A stretch of 64,000 nucleotides of DNA. Source: a virus. Under the pieces are notes generated by a model that made no database searches, was not told the DNA's origin, and saw nothing but the letters and a program-made list of their open reading frames with translations. A program made the position numbers and the translations under genes. Where the stretch lies: the IMG/VR virus record IMGVR_UViG_3300036900_000025, positions 14,955 through 78,954 of that record, one strand, 5' to 3'. This document shows positions 9,229 through 18,000 of the stretch, piece by piece (positions within the stretch are counted from its first letter, which is position 1; each line of letters begins with the position of its first letter).

Positions 9229-10365
9229 ATGGCAACCGCACTCGACCGTCTCGTCCGCAAGGAGGTTTCTCTCGGTTCCATCCGTGAGAAGCAGCCTCCG
9301 ATGGATCACATCGGTCTGTCCATCGCGCCGTTCCTCGACGTGGCGACCGACGACGTGATCTTCGACTACATCAAGGGTGGCGTCCAGGACGGCCTGGCTC
9401 CGGCTCGCGCCGAGGACGCCGAGGCCGAGCTGGCCCAGAAGGACGAGCTGACCTACGGCTCGGGCCGCGCCGCGGTGATCGACTGGTCCCTCAAGGACAA
9501 GTACACCGCCTCCGACGTGACCCGCTACCGCGAGTTCCTCATCCTCCAGCAGAAGGTCGGCGGCGTCCTCGAGGGCCTCCAGCTCAACTTCGTCGGTCGT
9601 ACGCAGGCCGACTTCGAGCGCCGGATCGCCCGTCACGACGCACTGCGCCGTCGGAAGCTCGACAACCGCATCGAGTGGCTGATCATGCAGTCGATCGAGA
9701 CGGGTGGCATCACCTACAACGACGGCAAGATCAAGTTCACCGTCAGCTACGGGCGTCCCGCCGGTCAGCAAAACCAGGCGCCGGCCTCGGGTCTGTACAA
9801 CTCGACGACTCACGACCCCATCGGCGACATCAACGCGATGAACGACATGATGTTCGCCACTTACGGGGTAAGGCTCAAGCGAGCGATCACCTCGCTGCGG
9901 GTCTTCAACTCCCTGTGGAAGTCGGCGAAGTTCACCGCGCTGACCGGTCTGGTCGTCGGCGGCACGCCGTCGAGTCCGATCGACATGCGGTACCTGATGC
10001 CGAACTTCGACGCGGCCCGCGCCGTCGAGATGATCTCGGCAGCGACCGGCGTGAACTTCCAGGTCTACGACAGCGTGTACCGGACTCGTCCGGTCGGCTC
10101 GACGGTCTGGACGAACAACCGGTTCCTGTCGGACAACAAGATCTTCTTCCTGCCCACCGAGGGTGATCTGGGGGAGATCGACGACACCGAGATCGGGTTC
10201 GCCAAGACGCTCTCCGCGCCTCACCCCGAGGGCAACTGGGAGAGCGGCTTCTACGAGTGGGAGGACGAGAAGCGCGACCCGTGGGTTCACGTCCGCGGTT
10301 CGGGCGTCAAGGCCTTCCCGGTGTTCCCCTACATGGAGTACACCTACACCATGACGGTGCTCTAA
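9229..10365 (+). CDS. Major capsid protein (lambda gpE-like)
   Basis: 378 aa, very strong codon bias, R.EW...Q...G.I and DP+.D motifs, position. Confidence 0.88.
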   Translation: MATALDRLVRKEVSLGSIREKQPPMDHIGLSIAPFLDVATDDVIFDYIKGGVQDGLAPARAEDAEAELAQKDELTYGSGRAAVIDWSLKDKYTASDVTRYREFLILQQKVGGVLEGLQLNFVGRTQADFERRIARHDALRRRKLDNRIEWLIMQSIETGGITYNDGKIKFTVSYGRPAGQQNQAPASGLYNSTTHDPIGDINAMNDMMFATYGVRLKRAITSLRVFNSLWKSAKFTALTGLVVGGTPSSPIDMRYLMPNFDAARAVEMISAATGVNFQVYDSVYRTRPVGSTVWTNNRFLSDNKIFFLPTEGDLGEIDDTEIGFAKTLSAPHPEGNWESGFYEWEDEKRDPWVHVRGSGVKAFPVFPYMEYTYTMTVL

Positions 10366-10408
10366 GCCGTCTCCAGGCACACCCAAGCGAGACAGGAGAA
10401 ATCAGCTC

Positions 10409-11035
10409 ATGGCTGAGGAGAACAAGGACAGCCTGACTCCGGGTGTCCACTTCGGCGAGGCGGATGAGGTCGATGACAACCGACCCACCTCGCAGAGGGA
10501 CCTGGAGCAGCGTCTCGAGAAGGACTTCAAGTCGGACCTCTCCACGCCCGATGGGCCGGTCGAGTCCGAGGACGCAGTCCGCGATCCCGAGCAGGTCTAC
10601 GCGCCGTACGCGGTCGAGGGGAACGACACCTCGGCGTACGTCGGCGTGTCGCCGGAGTACATGACGTACTCGGACGACACGCAGAAGCCGCTCAACGCCG
10701 AGGAAGGACCCGAGGCCGATGCCGAGGAGCTGGCCCGTAAGGGCAGCGCCGTCGGCAGCAACGGTCCCGTCGAGTCCAACCCGACGCTGGGCGGCGGCTC
10801 CAATGCCGAGCTGGTCTACTCCGCGACGAGCGGCGAGGACTGGACGGCGGAGACGGTGGACCGCAAGAAGGTCTACGACGAGCAGGCGAAGCTGGTCGAG
10901 CAGTCGGACGAGGTCGGCGGCTCCACCGCCAACAAGGCCTCCACCCCGAAGACCGGTGGCGACCAGCTCGTCGAGGCCAAGGACACGCCTGCCGCCAAGA
11001 AGACGGCGGCGTCGTCCAGCTCCGACAAGTCCTAG
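10409..11035 (+). CDS. Acidic, probably disordered head-associated hypothetical protein
   Basis: GGAG RBS, high codon bias, D/E-rich. Confidence 0.7.
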   Translation: MAEENKDSLTPGVHFGEADEVDDNRPTSQRDLEQRLEKDFKSDLSTPDGPVESEDAVRDPEQVYAPYAVEGNDTSAYVGVSPEYMTYSDDTQKPLNAEEGPEADAEELARKGSAVGSNGPVESNPTLGGGSNAELVYSATSGEDWTAETVDRKKVYDEQAKLVEQSDEVGGSTANKASTPKTGGDQLVEAKDTPAAKKTAASSSSDKS

Positions 11036-11065
11036 CACCACGAAGCTTCAGCGAGAAGGCGAACG

Positions 11066-11593
11066 GTGGCGTACTCAGATCCAGTAGACATGAAGATCCC
11101 CGACGTGGGGCCTGCTTCAGCGACGCTGGATCCTGCCAAGTACACCTCTGACGCGGCAGACGAGATCGACAGCATCATCGGCTACAGGTACACCACGCCG
11201 ATTGACGTTACCGAGGGCGGCTCCACGCCTCGTCCCGTTCGCCTTCTCCTGAAGCGGCTCAATGCCTTCCTGGCCACGGGACGCTTCATTCAGGCGCTCA
11301 CGGCCCTGCAGGAAGATCAGCAGCTCAACGCTTACGGCAACGCGATGGTCGAGGAAGTTCTCGCCTCCCTGTATGCGATTGCCGACGGAACCGTCATTCT
11401 TCCTGGGCTCACCCTCACTGACGGCGAGGTGACCCCAGGCCTCGGTGAAGCCGCTCCAGTTGCGCGAGTAACCGTTCCCCTGATCAACAACCTGGACGCC
11501 GAAAGCAACGTCGAGGCGTTCTACGACAGAATCGCCAACCCGTACTATGTCTACTACCCCCTCGACGCCTCGGGGACTGGACTCGTACGCTAA
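11066..11593 (+). CDS. Head-to-tail adaptor (Mu gp36/DUF1320-like)
   Basis: MAYS...A.DEIDS.IG.RY.TP...LL...LA...IADG motif. Confidence 0.75.
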   Translation: MAYSDPVDMKIPDVGPASATLDPAKYTSDAADEIDSIIGYRYTTPIDVTEGGSTPRPVRLLLKRLNAFLATGRFIQALTALQEDQQLNAYGNAMVEEVLASLYAIADGTVILPGLTLTDGEVTPGLGEAAPVARVTVPLINNLDAESNVEAFYDRIANPYYVYYPLDASGTGLVR

Positions 11594-12135
11594 TGGCAGA
11601 ATCGCCTGTCGGCTGGATTGACATTGAGATTGTCGGCAACGACTCCGGCGTAAGGGCCATGCTGGAGCGTCTCGACACAGCCATGAACCCCCTGTCCGTG
11701 GCCGCGATGCTCACTGGTCAGGTTGGACCCTACCTTCAGGAGCGTGCTCGTCGGCGCTATGAAGGTGAGGGTGACGACGTTGTGGGTCGCTGGAGTCCTC
11801 TTGCTCCCGCGACGCAGGAGATCCGTGCCAACAACGCGCAGTGGGGAGTTGGCCCAGCTTCTCCCATCAACGTACGAACAGGGCAGATGCGTGAGTACAT
11901 CACTCAGAGTTCGTTTGAAGATGTGGTTCCACACAGTCTTGGTGCAACTCTCTACTACCCCTCCCGCAAGTCGGAAGGGCGAGGTGGAAAAGCACTGACC
12001 GAGAAGATGAAGACTGCCCAGCAGGGTCGTGCGAACCCACGCACCCCTGCTCGTCCGGTACTCGGGATGAACGAGACGGACATGCAGACTGTTCTTGTGA
12101 TGATCGGTCGGCATATCCAGGGTGATGCTCGATGA
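11593..12135 (+). CDS. Tail completion/neck protein (Mu gpG-like)
   Basis: W.PL.PAT...RTG.M...Q.G...PARP.LG pattern. Confidence 0.75.
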   Translation: MAESPVGWIDIEIVGNDSGVRAMLERLDTAMNPLSVAAMLTGQVGPYLQERARRRYEGEGDDVVGRWSPLAPATQEIRANNAQWGVGPASPINVRTGQMREYITQSSFEDVVPHSLGATLYYPSRKSEGRGGKALTEKMKTAQQGRANPRTPARPVLGMNETDMQTVLVMIGRHIQGDAR

Positions 12136-12632
12136 GCATTACTGCTGCTACGCCGTACTTTCCCAACAACGTCATTGACCTTCTTGCTACGAGGATTCAG
12201 TACATCGACGCTGACCTCGCTGTGATGAAGAGGCCTGTTCGAGACATCGACCCTGCACAGACGGTTGGCGTGACTGCGGCAACCTGGACTCCGAACGAGA
12301 ATTCGTACGAGATGAAAGGTCAGGAGCAGGGACCAGCAGAGCCAACCATTCAGAACTACCTCATTACTGTGCAGGCGTTCATTCGCTCAGCCAATGAGGA
12401 AAACGGACTTGCCGTTCACTCCGTGCTAACGAAGATGATTCGGTCAATGCTGTACCGGGACGCGGCCCTCCGGGTAGGGTTGTCCTCGCTGGTCATCACT
12501 GACGAGTTCGGAGCGACAGAACGCACTCGACGCTGGGAAGTTCGGCTGAGCCGGTACTTCAGTAACGAGCTGAACGAAGAGTTCATCTACCTGTCCAACA
12601 CCGAGTTCTGGCTAGAGACGGAGACAACCTAG
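12132..12632 (+). CDS. Probable tail terminator
   Basis: Size, position and translational coupling. Confidence 0.55.
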   Translation: MSITAATPYFPNNVIDLLATRIQYIDADLAVMKRPVRDIDPAQTVGVTAATWTPNENSYEMKGQEQGPAEPTIQNYLITVQAFIRSANEENGLAVHSVLTKMIRSMLYRDAALRVGLSSLVITDEFGATERTRRWEVRLSRYFSNELNEEFIYLSNTEFWLETETT

Positions 12633-13006
12633 TGCCGACCACCGACAACGAGCTGGACACGCTCAAGAAGAGCATCGAGAAGAAGCGGGAGAAGCTCGCG
12701 ACGGCCGAGGCCCAGCGAACGGCCCGCGAGGCGGAGCAGAGCAACGACATCGTCGCTGCCCAGCTTCGCGCCGAAGAGGCCCGGCTGGACGCAGCTCTTG
12801 CCGAGGCGGCTCGCACCGCCAAGGCCGCATCAGTCAAGGGTGGTGCCGAGGGTCCACTCGCCGCCGCCAAGGCCGACATGGAGCGGGCCCTGGCACAGGG
12901 CAAGGGCCAGGAGGACCTGGTCGCTGCTCAGGAGGCCGAGCGCGAGGCGCAGGCACAGGCCGAGGCCGAGGCCAAGCAGCCCACCGACACCACCACCAAG
13001 AGCTAA
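12632..13006 (+). CDS. Ala/Glu-rich coiled-coil hypothetical protein
   Basis: Coupled ORF with strong codon bias. Confidence 0.65.
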   Translation: MPTTDNELDTLKKSIEKKREKLATAEAQRTAREAEQSNDIVAAQLRAEEARLDAALAEAARTAKAASVKGGAEGPLAAAKADMERALAQGKGQEDLVAAQEAEREAQAQAEAEAKQPTDTTTKS

Positions 13007-13017
13007 GGAGCTGACTG

Positions 13018-14028
13018 ATGGGCTACTCGTCCCAGGCTGGTCAGGTCGTCCTGCGCACGCAGACCGTGCAGGGCACCTACAACGCCGACACTGGCACAAC
13101 CGGTGTAGCGATGAAGCTTCGGGGCGGGTCGCTCGGCCCCTCCCGTGAGCTGATGATCCCCGACCCGGAGATCGGTGGTGGGCGAGACGTTGTCGATGCC
13201 TACCTCGGTGCCGTGTCCTGGAGCGGCGACTACGAGTTCTACACTCGTCTCGAGGCGCTCCCCACCCTCCTCAAGGCTTGCCTGGGGACGGCTGCATCGG
13301 TGACCACTACTGGTGTGACGACTCACACCATCACCCCGGTGGACACCGCTCAGCTTCCCTACCTGTCGATCGAAGAGAAGATCGGCGCAGGGCTGGAGAC
13401 GTACAACTACACCGATGGTGTGGTCAACAGCTTCCACCTGGAAGCGGAGGCCAACGGGTACCTGATGGGTACCGCAGGCATCATCGCTGCGAAGCAGATC
13501 GCTGGCGCGACCCCGACGGCAGCGCCCGTCTGGGACAACTCGCCGATGATCGTGGGTACCAACATCACGGTCACCTACAACGCGGTCAGCTTGCCGGCCA
13601 AGTCGTTCAGCCTCGACGTTGCCAACAACTTCGAGGATGACGACTACCGACTCGGATCGTTCTACATCGGCGACCTGACGCCCAAGCGGCGTGAGATCAC
13701 GGCGACGTTCGGCATCCGCGAGTCCTCCTCGGCGCTCTGGCGCCAGGCGGTCTACGGTGTCTCGTCGGCCACTGCTCCTGGTGGTGTCACCACCAAGAGC
13801 GCCCTGGTCATCACCATGACGACCTACGAGGACATCGTGTCTGGCATTCCGCCGACCAAGGGATCTGTCACCATCACCATCCCGCAGTTCGCACTCACGC
13901 CGTACGCCCTCGCGGCCAGCGGTGACGACATCATCGAGTCGGACATCGACGGGCAGGCCCTCCGTCCTGTCGCGGCGACGCCGATCTGCACGGTTGTCGT
14001 CAAGAGCGCCAAGGCGACCATCGCCTAG
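13018..14028 (+). CDS. Major tail (tube) protein
   Basis: AAGGAG RBS, high codon bias, H.ITP...LP.LSIE and NNFE patterns, upstream of the chaperones. Confidence 0.85.
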   Translation: MGYSSQAGQVVLRTQTVQGTYNADTGTTGVAMKLRGGSLGPSRELMIPDPEIGGGRDVVDAYLGAVSWSGDYEFYTRLEALPTLLKACLGTAASVTTTGVTTHTITPVDTAQLPYLSIEEKIGAGLETYNYTDGVVNSFHLEAEANGYLMGTAGIIAAKQIAGATPTAAPVWDNSPMIVGTNITVTYNAVSLPAKSFSLDVANNFEDDDYRLGSFYIGDLTPKRREITATFGIRESSSALWRQAVYGVSSATAPGGVTTKSALVITMTTYEDIVSGIPPTKGSVTITIPQFALTPYALAASGDDIIESDIDGQALRPVAATPICTVVVKSAKATIA

Positions 14029-14045
14029 TTTCACCCGCAGTACCC

Positions 14046-14088
14046 CGGCGTGGCTCCAGCTGTTCTTAACGCAGCTGGAGCCGCGCCG
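14046..14088 (+). terminator. 17-bp hairpin after the major tail gene
   Basis: cggcgtggctccagctg / cagctggagccgcgccg. Confidence 0.7.
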
Positions 14089-14131
14089 TACAACCTCAAG
14101 TTCACCATCGACCACGAGAGGGTCACAGAAC

Positions 14132-14686
14132 ATGACCGAGCCACAGACCATTCCCGATCCCCAGGTTGACCTCACCGAAGAGGTCTTCGAGGACTACTTC
14201 GGGTTCGAGGACATCAAGACCTTCGTGCTCCCCAAGAGCAACCCGAAGGCGAAGGATCAGTTCATCTACTTCCGAGTGATGAACGAGGGTGACCGCTCGA
14301 AGTTCCAGTCGAAGGTCAACCGCGACATCACCGTCGTTCGCCAGACTGGCGACGCGAAGATCGGCGCGGACCCGGCTGCAGAGCGGCTGGCTCTCCTGGA
14401 GGCCAGCGTCACCGGCTGGACGCTCAAGCGCAGGACCCGTGACGGCAGCGGCTGGGAGGACGCGCCCTTCTCGATCGGTTCCAAGGGGGACCTGTTCGAG
14501 CAGTGGCTCCAGAAGGCTGACCCCAAGCTGGTCGATGCTCTGGAGATGGAGATTCGCAAGGCGAATCCCTGGATGCAGGCCGACATGACGGTCGAGGACA
14601 TCAACAAGGAGATCGACCGTCTCGTCGAGCTTCGCGAGGGCATCGAGAAGCGCGACGCGGGGGAAGACAGCTCCTCCGGCAAGTAG
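14132..14686 (+). CDS. Tail assembly chaperone, short form (184 aa)
   Basis: Between major tail and tape measure genes; ends just after a GGGGGAA slippery site. Confidence 0.85.
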   Translation: MTEPQTIPDPQVDLTEEVFEDYFGFEDIKTFVLPKSNPKAKDQFIYFRVMNEGDRSKFQSKVNRDITVVRQTGDAKIGADPAAERLALLEASVTGWTLKRRTRDGSGWEDAPFSIGSKGDLFEQWLQKADPKLVDALEMEIRKANPWMQADMTVEDINKEIDRLVELREGIEKRDAGEDSSSGK

Positions 14687-14943
14687 ACGCCTACGTCAAG
14701 GGTGACTCTGTCGAGAACGCTCGCACGATCTTCCGCATCTTCACGTTCTGCGAGAACACTCGATGGTCATGCTTGCCGGTTGCCGGAGGGTACTACGACC
14801 AGCACCCTGAGTTCATTCGTCAATGCAACCTGATCTTCGAGGCGCGTGGCAAGAAGCAGCGCGAAGAGGAGAAGCGTCGCCAACACGAGATGGGCAGAAG
14901 CGCTAAGCCGGGGTCACGAGTCGCTGGTCGCAGGGGTCGCTAA
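14132..14943 (+). CDS. Tail assembly chaperone, -1 frameshift long form (~270 aa)
   Basis: G GGG GAA at 14659-14665; the -1 frame is open to TAA 14943 and reads RQLLRQVDAY...LPVAGGYYDQHPEF. Confidence 0.85.
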
Positions 14944-14951
14944 CTACGGTG

Positions 14952-14994
14952 TCGGGGTCCATGCTTGCGGGCGTGGACCCCGATGCTGTATGGT
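14952..14994 (+). promoter_or_regulatory. 13-bp hairpin overlapping a putative promoter (TTGCGG-18-TATGGT)
   Basis: tcggggtccatgc / gcgtggaccccga; -10 at 14989-14994. Confidence 0.45.
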
Positions 14995-15066
14995 CTGTAC
15001 TCGTCGGGCACTAGAGGCCCATCATGGACTCTAAAGTCTGACTAGGGGCGCGAACTGAACGCCTAC

Positions 15067-18000
15067 ATGAACATTCAGGTCCGGGTGCTGAGCGCCCAGG
15101 CCCAGACCCAGATCAAGGCTCTCGAAGCCGAGCTGGCGCGTCTTCGCACGGAACTTGCAGCCACCAACACTGCCTCCAATGCTGCCAACGCTGCTACCGC
15201 TAGAAGCGTTGGTGGACTCAAGAAGTGGGGCAGTCAGCTCCAGTGGGCAGGTCGGCAGCTTCAGTACAACTTCACGATACCTATTCTCCTGGCAGCAGGA
15301 GCAGCAACAAAGTTCTACATGGACAACCAGAAGGCCCTGGTTGGACTGAAGAAGGTCTATGGCGACCTGGGCATGTCGCAGAGGACCATCAACAACGAGG
15401 TCAAGGCACTCTCGAAGGCCTTCGAGGCTCTTTCTGCGCAGTACGGTGTCCAGCAGAAGCAGGTCATCGAGATCGGCGCAGCGTGGGCACAGGCCGGCGT
15501 TAGCGGTGTAGCCCTCGCTAAGAGTACAGAGCTCACGCTCAAGACGATGGTACTCGGCGAGATGGACTCGACGAAGGCCACTCAGGCTCTCATCGCTATC
15601 CAGGCGCAGTACCGTCTCAGCACGTCAGAACTCACCGATGTCATCGGTCAGCTGAACATCATCGAGAACCAGACCGGTGTGTCACTGGCCGACCTGGTGG
15701 ACGGCTTCTCCCGGACAGCCGGCGTTGCGCGTGCCGCTGGAGTCACGGTCAAGGAACTCGGCGCGATGATGGCTGCTTTGGTACCAGCTGCTGGTACTGC
15801 TGCCCAAGCCGGTAACGCGCTCAAGACGATCTTCTCTCGCCTGCTCTCGCCGACCGCTGAAGCCGCAGATGTCCTGAAGGAAATGGGCATCAACCTCACG
15901 GACACCAGCTGGAAGAGCGCTACGGCAACGCAGCGCCTCGAGATCATGGCAAAGCAGTTCAGCAAGCTGGAAGGCCCCCAGCGTGCCGTAGTCTCCGCCC
16001 TTGTCGCATCTCGCTTCCAGCTCAACAAGTTCGAGATCCTCATGGACTCGATGAACTCGAAGTTCGAGACGTACTACGACAAGGCCAACAAGGCCGTCGA
16101 GCAGACCGACTACATGCGGGTAGCACAGAAGGAGCTTAACCAGGTCCTTCAGAGCGACCCGAAGCGACTTGAGCGTACCTGGGTCATGTTGCAGAACGCT
16201 ATGGCTGACATCATCATCCCGATGATTCCAGCTATCTTGGGTCTGGCTAACATGATCCAGCGACTGGCACAGGCCTTCTCGGACCTCGATCCGACGATCC
16301 AGATGTTCATTATGAGTGCGCTTCTTGCACTCGCAGCTGTTGGTCCGCTAGCAAGGATGATCGGCGCAACGTCTCTGCTCTTCGGTGAGATGAGTAGCGC
16401 GATCAAGTGGGTCGGAGCGAACCTCAAGCTGCTGGTCGGCTGGATCGCAGAGACAGGGCTGGCGATCGGTCGCTTCCTCATCGGTCCGTGGGGACTGGCG
16501 ATTGCTGCGGCCGTTGCGCTGATCGTTGTGTTCCGCAGGCAGATCGAGCAGGCATTCACCAATCTTGTCAACTGGTTCCAGCACTCGGGTTCGGCCTGGG
16601 TGGCGGTGTTCAAGCCGGTTGTGGACTTCTTCGGTGCAGCCGTCGATTACATCGAGAAGGCCTTCAACTCGCTCCCCAACGCAGTTCAGAACGCCCTCAT
16701 GGCGGTTGTTACCATCGTTGCTACAGCAGCGAAGCAGGTCTACGAGTGGCTGTCCTACCTCAACCCATTCGCTCGGCATTCGCCTTCCGTGGTAGACAAC
16801 GTACGCGCTGGCATGGCGGTCATTCGTAACGAGTTCTCTAGCATCGCGTCCATCCACGGGCCGATCGACAAGGCCTACAAGGACATCAAGAGGTTCAGCC
16901 AGGCGACCGCTGCCTTCCGTGGCGGAATGGACACTGCACAGCGGGCACAGGATCGCAAGACTGTAGCCAAGGTTGACCCTGGTGCGCTCCATGCGTTCGA
17001 TGCGCTCGTCGCTGACCTCAAGCAGCTGACTGCCATGATGAATACCTACGAGGCTGCTGTTAAGCGTCAGGAGACAGTGGTTCAGGGGTGGAAGGACAAG
17101 CTCGACGCTGCCAACGCCGAACTGGACAAGCAGCAGAAGAAGCTTGACGATCTCCAGGCGAAGCTTGACAAGTGGCAGAAGAAGCTTGATGATTCGCAGA
17201 CGGCGCTAGCGAACTGGTCGCAGACTCCCATCACCGGCATGAAGGCTATGTCGGATGCGATCTTCTCGAACGAGCAGGCACAGAAGAAGCTTCGCCTCGA
17301 GATGATGAACATGGAGGACGCTGTAGGTCCGATTGACGACTTGCGGGCCCGTTACGCGGCACTCCAGGGCGACATCGAGAACCTCAAGGGCGAGCAGGCA
17401 AACCTGCGTTCGGCTGGTGCAGGTAGCGATATCCTCGCCACCTACGACCAGCAGATCGCTGGTCTGCAGGCGCAGCAACAGGCAACCCAGGACGCCACGA
17501 AGCCGATCGACGACCTCCAGAAGCAGCTGGATGCACTGCAGCGCGAGGGCGAGCGGCTCGACCTCACGAATAGCCTGCAGTTCGATCCACTGACGCGCCA
17601 GATCGAGGCAGCCTCCAACGCGATGCAGGAGATGCCTTTCGATGTCATCATGGCCGGGATCCAGCAGGCTCAGACCGACATCGGCAAGTACCAGGACAAG
17701 GTTGACGCGGCAACGAAGGCGGTCAACGACCAGACTGTCGCTGTCAACAACGCTCAGGCGGCGCGTGACAAGGTATCTGCTAACCTTGACCGCGAGCAGA
17801 AGCAACTTGACGGCCTCCAGCAGAAGTACCAAGATGTCAAGAGCGCGGTCGATGACGTAACAACTGCGCTCAACGACATGGTCAGTGCTAGCAACGACAG
17901 TATTCGTGCAGCGAAGGCCAAGGCTTCCGCAAAGGGTAGCGTTAGCCCAGGTCTGCAGAACTTCCGTGACGCTGCCGGTGGCAAGTTCGCTGATGTCGGT

